A DNA stretch of 60,769 nucleotides, filler included, from Basidioascus undulatus (Eukaryota), in assembly GCA_000826855.1 (NCBI GenBank). It is 7 parts of 7 records of this genome, joined end to end, with 100 filler letters (N's around TTAATTAATTAA, not from the genome) between each part and the next. Parts side by side here need not be neighbours in the genome. Positions count along the whole stretch, not along the records: positions 15,549 to 45,240 come from JTLS01000201.1; 6 more parts are not named here. One strand, written 5' to 3'. Within the stretch, counting starts at the first letter, position 1. Each line of letters opens with the position of its first letter. Made by a program: the position numbers and the translations under genes. This document shows positions 22,177 through 35,049 of this stretch, piece after piece. A model generated the notes under the pieces. That model saw only the letters and a list, made by a program, of their open reading frames with translations. It searched no databases and was not told the DNA's origin.

Positions 22177-24239
22177 CGAGAAGTTTTATTTGATATCAAT
22201 CTTTTCTTGCGCGCTCCCTATCAAAAGAAGCGTCTGAGAAAGGAACCCCGGGCTGAACATGCGCTTATTCGGTCGGAGGTTGTGGTCACACGGCTGGAAC
22301 ATGGCCCACAGTCTCCTGAGAGATACCTGGAAGCTACGAGCTGGGGAAAAGACTTTGGCCTAGTGGAACAGTAACAGCCTTGGTCGCAGTCGCAACGAAC
22401 TGAAAACTTCCCTAAACATCCAGCACTGAGAGCAGACGCTTCACCGTCGCGTCACGCCGCGCTCTGCGGACTGGCCAAATCCAGCGCACTGCAAGTCCAG
22501 AAGGAGTCATAAAGGGCACTCCGAGTAACTAACTGGTAGGAATAGTGCTTTCGTGGAAGGGGACAACTATCAACGGCACACTGGTGAAACGAGTTCTGGC
22601 GTGACCACTTCGTTTCCCGCTGCAAGGTCCACTCTGCTGCTGCAATAGGTGTACCTGGATCTTTCGAATGAGTAGAAACAGTAATCAGAAGCACTCTCGA
22701 AAGGATTCGCTCGTCTCACCCTGCTCAACGTGCAGTCAGCCATCCCGTGCGTGATCCCAACTGCCTCCATCCGCTTCTCGCCGGATCTTGACGTACCTGC
22801 ACTTCATGCCTTGAAAAAAAAAAAAACCCTTGCTGGTTATGGACACTCTGAAGCCGAGCTGAAAGTTCTGCAGGCTGCCAGATCTCATGTGCATACTTCC
22901 TCTTTCTGGAATGAAGGACTTCTCTGTACCTTGGGCTAGGACGCTAGGGCAGGTCCCAGGGATGGGGACAACGACGGTTGGTGGGTTCACGAGGAGTAGC
23001 GGTGGAGGGAGAGAACGTCTTGGGCGCAAATGGCTTGCAGGAGGACTCGTCGTTGGAATGAATGGAATAAGGTCTCTGTCTTTCACACCCAGAGAACGAC
23101 CACCAGCTCTTGTTGTGGCGGCATCACGGTTTCGCTGCGCCAAGTATCCGCATGTCGGAAGAGACGTGCAACGGCAACCAGTGACTGGAACACTTCAATG
23201 TACACAAGATATCTTCAAGTATTGAAGGATTAGGTACTACCGGAGGCTACAAGGCGGAACACTTTCTATTAGTCGTTCACAACTTCCAGTCGCTGGCAGG
23301 CTTGGTAGCGGATAGGGCAACAGGCGCTGAAACGCTCGCCTGTGCACGGGGACTTTACAACGCACAAGGCACCTACTCGGACGTTGCCTATACTTACGGG
23401 TGTTGGGATCGGCCATAATCTAACGAAAAGAAGGAATGTGGCGCCGTGCAACTGATGCTGCACGCGAAAAGAGTAGTTTGAAAAACCTGATAAAACTACA
23501 TTACAGGCGATTACCCAAGGACAGAAAGCAGATCTGGCAGCCCTGGATGCCAGCTACACAGGCGAACGGCAACGGCTGCAGTCCGACATCGGTCTGTCTA
23601 AGATTGTGTCGCAATGAACCCGATTCTCGATGGCTGGCATTGTTTTCCACAACTACAGCTTCAGGTCTGTGATCATGAGCTGAATTGTTCGAGCACGCCC
23701 AGCGTTTCTACTCTTGCCCCGCAGTGCCCTCTCTGCATCGGATACAGAGCAACAACAGACATCGAGTGCGAGTGTGAATGGGGCGGAGGACATCATTCGG
23801 AGGAAGTAGAAGAACAGGATGACTTTTCTGATCCGATTACTACACCGGGCCACGTCGAGGTAACCGACGAAGGGTGGGAGGCCCTGATAGCACGTTCTCC
23901 CGTTCTGATCCAGAATACGATCCAGCCTGCTGAGCGAGCTCCACCTTCTGACCTTTTGCCATCCCGACAAGATGTCTCTGTAATTACTGATTGATCCAAA
24001 AGAACTGCGATTCGAAGAAGCGCCTGCAGCTACCTGCCAGGTACACAGCCTACCAGCATTTGAGTGCCACAGTAGTCCACGTGTCTGAAACGCAGCTGCA
24101 GCGCGCACGCTGGCGTTGTCGATCTGTACTGCGGAATGGATGTGCTCCTCAGGAGAGATGGCAATGGTAAACGCCTTTCATTCTCGCGTGCGCAAGCATA
24201 AACTGATTGTTTGCCCGTCAACAACGTTATCCATTCGTA

Positions 24240-26737
24240 TCACAAAACGCCCCCACCAACTCCCATCTCCGCAAGGACTTCCCCCGCCTGATGCCTCACG
24301 AGCGCATCCGCATCCGTCTCCCACACGTACCGCACGACCGTCAGCAACCTCGGCCCCACCTCCGGCGGGACGAGTGCGCGCGCGACGTCCGTCTTCCCCT
24401 CGTCCTGCGCGTGTGCTGCAGAACGCAAGAGAAGCGCTAGGAGGAGGAGCGCGCTGCGGCGGAGGGTCGGGTGCTTGGGATCCCGTCCGATAGGCTGCGG
24501 CTCCTCGGCGGGTGCGGCGGCGTCTGACTCGGCGTCGCCGGTGGCGGAAGAGGATGCGCGGGGCGGGGCGGGCTGGCGCTGGACGGATTCCAGGGAGAGG
24601 AGGTCGAGCGCGCCGGAGATGAGGGTGGACGAGTAGGGAAGGAGCGCGAGTGCTGAGGTCGACGCTGCTTGGGCGAGAATCGCGAGCGCCGAGGCGCGCA
24701 GGACGGTGGGAAGGCGCTGCGAGCGGAAGACGGCGAGGAGCGGCGGGATGAGGACGTCCGCTGTGGAGTTGCGATGGATGTTCAGAGTGCGAAACCCCGC
24801 GAAAAGAAACGGATAGAAGAGGGAAACGCACCGTACGCCGGGAGTGTCTGCCCGCAGCGCTGGATGACCTGAATGAGCGCCTCTCCGACCCTCAAGCGCT
24901 TGTCCATCTCCGCCCCCACAACATCCCCGCTCTTCTCCACGCCGCCCGCATACACTTTCCCCAGCGAGCTGAGCACCTCCCTTCCCAGCACATCCACCAT
25001 CCCCGCCAGGCCCTTCACCGCGTTCAAAAAGACGAAGCTGTCCTCGGCCTGGACAGCCTGGAGGAAGACATCCAGGATCCCGGGGACGAGCGCTGGGTCG
25101 AGGGTCGCGCCCGCCCGCGACGGGTGTGCGCGTGTGGAGGACACGAGCTGGCGGAGAAGGTGCAGCCCGTGCGCCCGCACGGGGAGAAGCGGGTCTTGCA
25201 CCAGGCGCAGGGCCTCTTGGTAGGTGGCGCGCTGCTGCTCGTACGCGGAGGGAGTGGTCGTGGTTGCGGAGGAGGAGGAGAAGGGCCTGGACGTGGACGT
25301 GGATGCGGACCGGGCTGAGAGGACCAGCCGCGCTTCGCGGGCCAGCTCGGCGAGCGCAGGGTCTCTTGACGAGGCGAGAGGGTCGAGGCGTGAGAAGATT
25401 ACGCCCAGTAGAGGCGCGTTGCGGATGGTGAGGTCCTCGTGTGCTGTGATCCGCTCCGACGCATCAGCTCGCCATTTATCTCACACCTGAATCAGCCCCA
25501 CCATCAACGCACCTTCCAAGATAGCCAACAGCAGCGTCACCGCAGTGGATACGAGCTCGTCCCCGCCAACATCCACATCTTCATCGTCGCTATCCCCCGC
25601 GAGCCCCGCCTCCTCCTCCGCCTCCACGTCCTCGTCGTCCTCATCCACGATCCGAAGCTTCTCGAGCCCTTCCTTTGCGCGTCGCGCAGCGCGGGCGCGC
25701 GGGCCCTGCGGGTCCGCAGACGGGTCGAGCGCGTGGTTGATGAAGGACAGGATCTGCTCGGGCTGCTTCAGGACGGTCGAGCCGAGCTGCTCGGACATCT
25801 GAAGGACCAGTTGGAGGTAGAGCATCGTCCTACGCGAGACAGTACGCCCCCTCATCAGCATCGCCGCTCCGCGAAGGGGGATGATGAGAGGACACGCACC
25901 GCACAGCGTCCCCGCTTCCCTCCACCGCGTACGTCCGCAAGCCCTCGTACTCCTGTAGCGTCCGCACGAACAGGTCCGCGGCGACGTCCTTCCGGTCGAG
26001 GTCCTTGAGGAAGCGCGTGAAGCGGTCCGGGTCCGGGCGGAGCGAGAGGGGGTTGGAGAGCGCGAGGGCTGCGTCCGTCGGGGCAGTGAAGAGGTCGGGG
26101 GCAAGGTCGATCGGGGGTGGGCTGCGTAGCAAAAAAGCGAGTCAGAGGAAGACGCTGCGAATATCGAAGGAAGGCGAGTACATACCACCCGAACCGGATC
26201 TCCGGCCCCTCGATCGTATACCCCCAGAACAGCTCCGCCTCCTCCTCCTCCTGTACCTCCAGCGCGCCGACCCTCCTCACGCCCCATCCCCTCCCACGCC
26301 TCACAACCTCCCACAGCGCCCTCACGCCCTCCTCGCGGCCCACGACGCGCCCCCATCCCCTGAGGAGCGCGCGCACCTCCTCTTTCCGCACCGGGTCCGC
26401 CAGGCGCTCCTCCTCGAGGTGCGACAAGAGTCCAAACAGCGGTGGGATGACGGGCGTGAGGAGCGCCTCGAAGAGCTTTGGGGAGGGCGGGGCGTGCAGA
26501 AGGAAGAGGGACAGGAGGGTGAGGGCGCGCTGGGTCGCGGCTGCGGTAGGGATGGGGGTGGGCAGTGTGGGCAGGGGCGCAGCAGTGGTCTTGGGAGAGG
26601 GGAAGATGGGCGGAGGGTACTCGAAGAGGGGTGTATAGAGGGGTGACACGGGCGCAGAGCGATCGGGTGGCGGCGTTGGCGGAGAGAGGGACGTGGTGAT
26701 TAAAGGTAGCGGTAGGGTGTATTTCGCATCTGAGGGT
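24240..26737 (-). CDS. RTP1: RTP1/TANGO6-family RNA polymerase II assembly/import factor, C-terminal portion without its own start codon
   Basis: QDPLLPVRAHGLHLLRQLV..FLQAVQAEDSFVFLNAVKGL..DKRLRVGEALIQVIQRCG (RTP1 C1 region); terminal VVRYVWETDADALVRHQA; multiple GT-AG introns. Confidence 0.85.
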
Positions 26738-26802
26738 CTGCATGACGGGAAGCAATCGGATTTCAGCCACGGCAGAGAAGAGGCTACTACGCATCTACGC
26801 AC

Positions 26803-28549
26803 ATAAAGCTGTTTCACCGCACCCCGCGGTTAGCCGTACATTCCCTCTCCTCATCTTACGTTCATCCGGCCTACTCACCTAGTTCCCTTAAACTCCTTCC
26901 TCACGCCCGCCCACGCACCGCGCTCCCTCTCCACCTCCTCGCACACCTCCCAAAGCTCGAAGAACCGTCGCCGCGTCCGCCCATCGATGTCGAGCAGGCC
27001 CGCTACGGCAGCGCGCATGCCCTCCGCGCGTGATACCTCGGTTAGCGACGTCTTGACTCGGTGTGCCATGGCTTCGACCGAGCCGTGCGATACGCCGAGG
27101 GGGTAGCGTCGGCCGGTGAGGCACCGAAGCACTGCGAGAACATCAGAACGAGGGTTAGATGAAGTGCCATTGAGGTGTGCGCAGTGCATAAGCTCGAATA
27201 CATACGGGTCACACCGATCGTCCAGATGTCAATTTCGGGTCCCTGTGAAGCCGAAGACATGTTGACCATGGAGCGAAGCCGAGGAGGCGAATGAAACGCA
27301 CCCAATACTTGATTGCGCCGGGCGGATGCGCGAGAGCGAGGACGATCTCAGGCGCATGGTAGGCCGGAGAACTAAAATAAGAGATGTTAGCTAGTGAAGT
27401 CCAGGGAGCTCGTGGAAGCGCACGCACCCGCAGCAAGTTGTGAGTTTCGCCTCGCTCCTGCTGAAGTGGCTCGACAGCCCGAAGTCGAGCAGGACGAGAT
27501 GCAGCGTCTCCGGATGAACGAGGATGTTCTCTGACTTTATATCGCTGTGAACCGCATCCGACCGCGTCAATGCATGAGCCTCTGTTGGTCTGTAGAGTTG
27601 CTTCCCGCACCGGTGGCAGATCGCGATAGGATGATGCAGCGCGTCCCGGACGACGGATACGAGCTGATCGAGCACCAAACGAGCGATGGGCGGTTCAAGC
27701 CGGCCTGTCCGCGTATGCATTGTTACAAGGGTCTCAAGCGTGATGTACCCGTCCAAGAAGTCCTCTGTTCCACCACTCCCCCGGTCAGACCCTACACGTT
27801 CGAGCCACGAGGGAAGAGGAACACGGACCAACAACATAGCAGTGCCCAGGGGTCGTGATAGTTTCGTACACGGCGATGAGGTTCGGGTGTGGAGGGAGTT
27901 GAGCGAGCAGCGTCGGCTCGCGCATTAGGCGCGTCGCGATGAGCGGGTGGTGCGGGTAAAGAGGGGTGTGCTTGATCGCGTACTGTGACCGCGTCCCGCA
28001 CCACTCAGCCCCTTCTCCCGAAGGTCAATCAGCGGCAGCAAGGGAAGAACGCACAGTCTTTGGCCCTTTCCCTGCCAAGTACACCGCAGAGAACTTGCCC
28101 TTGCCCAACGCCGGCACGGGTTGGAAGATGTAATCGCCGATGCCGCGCGTGAGGAGCTCATCGAGCGAGCGCACGGCAACCGGGTCGAACGAGGTCTGGG
28201 AAGGGGGGCAGGCAGTAGTCAGTGATGTTCAGACTGTGTCTCACACATGTCCCAGGGGTCAACGGTACGTGGGCAGGTGCAGTAGGTGCACTTGATAAGC
28301 CAGGCTCAGACGACCACGGCAACCCAAGGCACTGGCCCACCAGCCCTTCCTCGCTAATGACCACCCAAGCTCAAGCTCAAGACTAGGAGCAGGAACAACA
28401 CGTACCGCCTTGCCAAACGCCCATCTCTCCTCCGGTTCCTCCTCCTCGCCGACTCTGGAGCCCGCGCCAGGGGCGGTATCGGCGGCGCTGGCCGTTCCTT
28501 GAGCCTTCTTGTCGCTTGTGCTCGCCCTGCTGCTGGGCGTAGTTGGCAT
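26803..28549 (-). CDS. Ser/Thr protein kinase (CAMK group); last exons splice in frame into the RTP1 sequence
   Basis: LGKGKFSAVY, YAIK, HPNLI, ICHR|DIKSENILV, DFG, CCG|SPAYHAPE, GPEIDIW; the start at 28549 is tentative. Confidence 0.88.
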
Positions 28550-30707
28550 TCGATTCGGCGGTGGGAAACGAAGCCCCGAGAGCGTCGAGCTGAATGATTA
28601 TGAGCAGATGGATGTGGGCAAACGCAGGCAGGCCGTCAAGGCCACCCACCGCTCACTGGTGGACAGCGGGAGATGATAAGGGTGCGCTCGGAAGCAGGCA
28701 GCAATCAAACGGCGGCGTCATGGCGCCACTACAGTTTTGCACGTGTTCATTCTGCGTGTTCCTCCCTATCAAACGAACTCTAAATAGCTACTGCAGCTTC
28801 GAAAGGCACGGACTGATTTTCACTGCGAAAATCAACAGCACCTGCTGCTATCCTCTCTCGACGATATAGCAAGCACGATTCTGAAAGCGTCCTCAATATG
28901 ACTAATATGTAATGGCAAGTCCCGATAGTAGCCAGCCTGCCGCTTCCACCCACGCAATGAGGCTCTGAGCTCCCAAGGCGCTTGACATGCGGGCTGCGAT
29001 TAAGCACATGCGCCGAAGCCATCGAAGCCACACCGATAAGTGTGCACGTCCTGGGCCAAGCACTCATTAATATTCATCTCAACCATCAACCTTATCCAAA
29101 TGAGAACGAACGATCGAGAATAGCGAGAAGCAGGAGGCACCGACGCGTGAGCGATGTGAGCCTTGACAGCTCGCTACTTCCAACGTTGATGCCCACGTTT
29201 AGCCGTAAACTGCAAGCTGTAGTGCGAATGAAGAGGCTCTATAAGTAAACTCATCCAGACACACAAAGAGCCACTGGAAAGAAGATGGGTGTACACAGGC
29301 TGCAGCCGATAGCCAGATTGAGAGGCGGCTGTCTTCTGAAACTGCTGCTCAGCTACATTCCCGAATGAGGGTTGGGAGTACAGGCATGTCACTCACATTA
29401 GCTCTAAATAAATCTTCATCGCACCCCTAGAATTTTCTGACTTATTCCCAATGCTGCCCTTTCTGGGCTGCCTCTCTCGTCTGAACTGTTTTACGCTCTG
29501 CGAGCACGTAGCCTTTCCAATCCCTGCTCCTGGTTCTCTGGTCCTCGGTTGAATACTCCATACAATTTGTTGGAAAAAAATTTAGTACTCAAAAGTAAGC
29601 ACATAAATACACCCGCTGTCACCCCTACTTCTTTCGCTCCATCCGGACTTGCACCCACTCGCGCAACCCTCTCCACCCCAACGGACTCCGCCCATGACCT
29701 CGGAGGTAACGCCCAGAAGGACAGCTTAAGTATTCTTTAGAGCTTTTTTTTTTTTTTGGCTAGACGACCGGTCAGACCGTGATGTCCGGGTCCTACAGAA
29801 TACCAGTGGAATATGGAGAGCGCGCCAGAGGCCCAGAAGTACTCATCGTCCCTGTACATAGCTGTTCGAGCTTGAAACGGAAGCTGTAACAGACTAAAAC
29901 AGATTAGAGGAAAAATATCTCAGTTTCTTGACGATCCAAATACGGGTAGTCGAAAGACGTCGAAGAAACCCTTCGTAGTTACAGTCGCGGGACCATGGAT
30001 CCGTCCCCTTGGAAAATGGAGTAAGCCGTCAGACGTCCTTGCCTCAGTAGTTCAGGGGCCATCGAGGTGTGTGCTACATTTTCTGAAGCTCAATTAATCT
30101 ATCCACAAGCTCATCAGAGGAATGCTACAGCTTTAACATTGATTATAGTCTGTGCCAACGAGGCTCTGCTTCAGAGCTGGAGGATAATATGTGCGATGCA
30201 ACATTCCCGCTTTCAGCCCTATGTCTCGCAAACTGTACTCCGTGACTAATTATTTCGAAAACTTTCATTTTGAGAGGATTTCACATCTTGAGTCTGTGAC
30301 CCAATTTTTTCCAGAAAGTATCATTGCCTGGACTGTCACGGCTTCGCGATGAGGTTCAAGATTCCTATCTTGCTTACCCATCTTATCCACACGTAAGGTG
30401 TCTCTCTGGAAAAAACAACTCCCCTCAAGCGTGAGTCCACCTTTGAACGAGATATGTATCACAGTTGCTCGACAGTCGCCGCATGAGGCTGTCTTCTTTT
30501 GCTGAGTGTGCTTGCTGAGCGAGAACCTCCACCGAGATGGCGTCTTCGCGTCTCCCGGCTTCGCCTTGTGCCGGACTTCGGACGCCGCTGGCTGCCAGCA
30601 TTCTCTTTCTCCTACAACGAGTATCCAGACTGCATCTTAGAGCGATACCCTCGCACTTACTGCCATCACTCATACCCGCACTAACATTCCTGATTCCGGG
30701 ACTCAAA

Positions 30708-32690
30708 ATGTCTTCCACTTCGCCTCCTTCGCTTCTTCCGAACGCGTCGACCCTGGACTCTCTCCTCACCACGCACACGCGCGATCAAAGCTCGCTGGCC
30801 TTCGCCATGCTCCTCGCCTACTCACCCTCCCGCGGCGGGCTCCTCTACAGTGGCAGCGCGGGCGCGCCGCTCCGGCCGAACGAGGAGCCCGTGGCGCCCG
30901 CGGACGAGCCGGACTTGCTCGACGGTCGGATGTGGCTTGCGAGCTGCACCAAACTCGTCACGACCATCGCAGTGTTGCAGCTTGTCGAGCAAGGCAAGAT
31001 TAGCCTTGAAAGCAAGTTGGCGGACTTCGTAGAAGAGGCGAAGGAGGTCCGGTTGTTGAAAGGCTTCGACGGGAACAAGCCGGTGCTGGAGGGGGAGACG
31101 GGGCCCGATGGTATTGGAAGCACCATCACTGTCAAGCAGCTTCTCACTCATACCTGTACGCTTCAATGATCTGCCCTAAATCGAATCTGAATGACGGAAG
31201 CTGACCGGATCGCAACGCTCTCCGCTTACCAGCTGGTTTCTCCTGCACGTCTTCCCTCCGCCTCCAGCTGGGAGACGTTATTCTGGGACTAACCTCCGTT
31301 TCATACGGTCTCTCTCAGACGAGTTCGAGAACAAGAGCCTGCCGCTTTATCGCCAAGCCAAAGGTTTCGAACCCATCGCCGCCGGGACGGTCGATTCCAT
31401 CGCCAAGCTTCCGCTCGTTTACCCGCCCGGCCAAGGCTGGGAGTACAGGTCAGTCTGCGATGCCAAATGCTGATATCCACAATTAGCATGGACGGTACTC
31501 ACTGTGCGAGCTACCAAACGCTTACAGTGTCGCGCTCGATTGGGCTGGCTTCATCGTCGAGCGGATCTCGGGCTTGAAGCTGGGCGAGTACGTCCCGAGA
31601 TGTAATCTCATTCGCCGCTCTCAATCAATCCTCACATCTACCTCAGATATTTCCAGAAGCATGTATTCGATCCCCTCCAAATCACCGACATCAACTTTGG
31701 CCGGCCGCACTCCCCGTCCGACGAGCTGCCACTCGCTTTCCGACCGCGCTCGGCGCCTTCGACGCCATCGACGCCTTCGTTCGAGGCACCTACCCCGCGT
31801 CCACGCCTTCCTCTGAGCGCGGGGCCTTCGCCGCGCCCACGGGATCCCCCCGCAGACCTCGGCGGCGGCGGCCTGCACGGGAGCGCGAGGTCGTACATGC
31901 GAGTCCTCGCGGCGCTGCTTCACGGCGGTGTCAGCCCGGACACCGGCGCTCGCATACTGAAAGAGGAGACGACGCGCGGGATGTGGAAGAGCGCGCTAAG
32001 CGAGGAGCAGGAGAATGCGCTGAACGAGAATCTGAGGACGAAGAGGAAGAGGGAGCATACGTGGATGGCTGAGCATTGGGCGGAGGATAAGGCGGTGGAA
32101 GAGAAGAAGAATCGGTATACCTGGGGGTAAGCCAAGAAGAATTAGCCTTGGGGACTTCGCTGATATGGAGAGGCAACCTATCTGAACACGCAGCATCGGC
32201 GGGATGATTACCAAAGAGGCGTTGCCTAGCGGTCGCGGCGCAGGCTCCTTCTTCTGGGCTGGCCTTGGTAACGTTCGTCTCCTTCCTTTCATTTCCTCCA
32301 TCCTCACTCGAACAAAACATACAGAGTCGTCTGACGCCCGATCCAACAGACGTACTGGTACGCCATGACTCGCCTCGCATGCGTTCGTGCGGCAGCACCC
32401 GACATTCTGGTTTCTGCGCAGGTTCATCGATCCCGTCAACGACCTCGCCGTCTTCCAAGGAACTCAGATTCTGCCTTTTGGTCAGTATTCATCCCCCACC
32501 GAACACCTTGACCGTGTCAGTCTGACGCCCAGATGATACCGCAGCTGACCCGGCATTCTTCGACCTCTGGCGCGAGGTGCGCTTTTCCCGCCTGTTTCAC
32601 CAAATGCTGGCTTATCTTTACTTGCCGTCTTCTCAGCTCGAGGCGGAATTGTATAAAGGACTCGCGCAGGTGCCGCAGCGTAATGATTGA
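30708..32690 (+). CDS. Beta-lactamase-fold serine hydrolase (LovD/EstB-like), multi-exon
   Basis: SxxK motif WLASCTK, LLTHT, PGQGWEYS|VALDWAGFIVERISG, GGGGL, FFWAG, FIDP; stop at 32690. Confidence 0.9.
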
Positions 32691-32891
32691 GACGTCCAGC
32701 TGCGAAGCAGAGAGCGATGGCGAGTAGCAATTGAGCGCGAACTCGGATTCGGACGCGGACAGAGATAGATTTTGTGCTGCACTCTTTCGGGAACAATATC
32801 TTGCAATGTTGGGCAACTATTGGTATGTGCAGGACGCTGTTATTTCCGACAGGCCGTCATCCTCAGAAATTCCGCATCAATCCAACCGTCT

Positions 32892-35049
32892 TTATCCCGA
32901 TCCGACGGATGATACCGAATTTCGAAACGCAGGATTCGCAGCCACCGCCTGTTGTACTTCATACTCGAAAGGTCCCTGTTCAGAACCGGACGCGTGAGGA
33001 AGGACGCGTGAGGAAGGACGCGTGAGGAAGGACGCGTGAGGAAGGACGCGTGAGCAAGGCGACGAATCGCTTGGAGAAACTTGCGCTATTGACTTACCCT
33101 GTTCTCCGCGATCCAGTCGCGAAACAGCTGGTTCTGCTCTGCGGCGTAGGTTGCACGCAGCTCGGCGCACGCGCCAAATTGTTCAGGCCGATCCCGCATA
33201 GCCTTCTCTTGCACTTCCAGAGGCTGTTTTGAAGAGGTTGAACAAGTCAGCATGCGCGATCCGGGAGAGCGAAGGCGGGCATGGATAGCGCAGGGACTCA
33301 CTTGGAGCAGAAACAGTCCCAGTATGCTTCTCGACGGTTCGGGAAGATTCACAAATTGCTCAGGGATAGACAGCGGTGGTGCGATGGAGGGCGGTGGTGG
33401 GGAACGAGGGCGATGCGAGAGAGATAGGGTTGTCGTGAGAGAGGAAAGGTGCTCGAGCGAGTTGGATGCTAGAGTCGTAGCGCGCTCGAGACGTCGCTAT
33501 GCAAAAGGCGAATATCGGTCAGTCGAGTGCTGCCTGCACGGACGCTCGTGGAAGTGAGTGCCGCCTACAAGTCGCTCGTCCTCCTCGGACTCTTCCGGAG
33601 AAACTGGCAGCGGCTGGACTTTCGCGTTGCGCCCTTGCGCGGCGGCGGCCAAGATGGCCAGCGTAAGCGATTCGACGGATTCGAGCTGATTGACTTCAGC
33701 GAGGTAGAATGCTTTGTCGACGCTATCGAGATGCTCGATGGCGGCGGCTCTATCCGTACAAGAAGACGGGTCAGCGGAAACAATACGTCCAGTCGGTGAG
33801 GCGAACGTTCCACGCACATATCAGAAGGTGGAACGGTTACAACAGCGTCAAAGGACGCAGGGGGGACTGGGCGGTGAGGGAAAGGGAGGAGGCCGGGAGG
33901 AGGAAGAGGCGGTGGGGGAGGAGGTGGTGGTGCCGGTGAAGGAAGCGGTTGAGCGGTGGCGACCGAGGATGACGGCGGCGCAGGTGACGGAGTGGGAACG
34001 AGTGAGGGCGGAGCAGGAGGCGGACTGGACGCCAAGTCGACGACCGCGCTCGGCGCAGGTCCATCCCAGCCATCCAAAAGCGGGTCACCTTCGGGCACCC
34101 GACTCACACGGACCGCTCGCAGCTGCTGCAGCTGGACCGTCACGCTCGTCAAGGTGCCTTGCATGTCCCCGCCAATCATGAAACTTCCCACGGTGCGCGC
34201 TGCCTGCGCCGGGTCGGAAAACTCGGCGTATGCGACGCGTCGGTTGGCGGTCCCCATCTTGGTGAGGACACCGATTGGCTCGAAGTGAGCGCGTTGGGCA
34301 AGGAACGCACGCGCGTCGAGGCCGTGGGGCAGGCCGGTGGGTGAGGAGACAAAGACGGTACAGGGATCGAGAAAAGAAGTGGTGGCGGCGGCGGCTACGC
34401 CAGAAGCGCTGCTGTAGAATGCGACCACACCCTTGTAAAGAAACGAGTCTCAGCCGTGCCTCGCGAACATGGAAAGGCCCCGCATTCCTACGTACACAAG
34501 CATTGTTGTCGGCGTCAGGCATACCGCTCCTCCAGACGTACTTCACAGGACTGAAGCGTCGAAACATCGTGTAGATCGATGCTAGGCGGCGCGATTTCGG
34601 GACGCCTGCAAATTGATAGAGGTCGGTGCGTTTGAGGGGGTCTCTTCCTGAAGGGGACCACGAAAGGGAGATCCGAGACTGCGACGGAGGTAAGAGAGTG
34701 AATTTCGTGAGGATGGCGTATGCTCGTTCTGCCTGCGGGAGAAGGTGAACTGTGTTTAACAGAAGACGCGACGCGACGTGAGAACCACTCACATCTGCTA
34801 TCGTCGCAAATGAGAGCTTCGCCCCATGAACGGGCACGTTGTCGTCCGGACCCCACTGCCAATCAAGGCTGCAGAGTCCTTCAGTTTAAGATCGCCTACA
34901 GTGCCCGAGATAAGTGCGAGATAGACACACTCGGTGTTCGGGCACTGTGCATACATCTCGACATGATACCGCACTTGTTGCAAGTCACCCTGCACGACCC
35001 CCGAAAGATAGAGATACGGCGCTTTGGCGAGAGGGTGCGCCAGGCTCAT
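32892..35049 (-). CDS. Divergent Rrm4-like RNA-binding protein (three RRM-like regions, Pro-rich linker, degenerate MLLE-like tail)
   Basis: HPLAKAPYLYLSGV, QAERAYAIL, IYTMFRRFSPV, VVAFYS, FLDPCTVFV, RRVAYAEFSDPAQAAR are collinear with Ustilago Rrm4 blocks as I recall them; GT-AG introns keep the frame to TAA at 32892. Confidence 0.65.
32988..33057. repeat. Minisatellite, 5 x 14 bp GGACGCGTGAGGAA, in the last intron of the Rrm4-like gene
   Basis: Four perfect units and one with a single mismatch, no spacers. Confidence 0.95.

Noticed and set aside
22814..22826. A13 tract as retroelement tail
   Set aside because: No RT-like ORF or target-site duplication nearby.
30708..32690. Beta-lactamase-like gene as recent bacterial transfer or resistance gene
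   Set aside because: Many spliceosomal introns; the family is widespread in fungi.
32988..33057. Repeat array as CRISPR or as an MCB (ACGCGT) promoter cluster
   Set aside because: No spacers and a eukaryotic context; it lies in a predicted last intron between convergent gene ends, not in a promoter.
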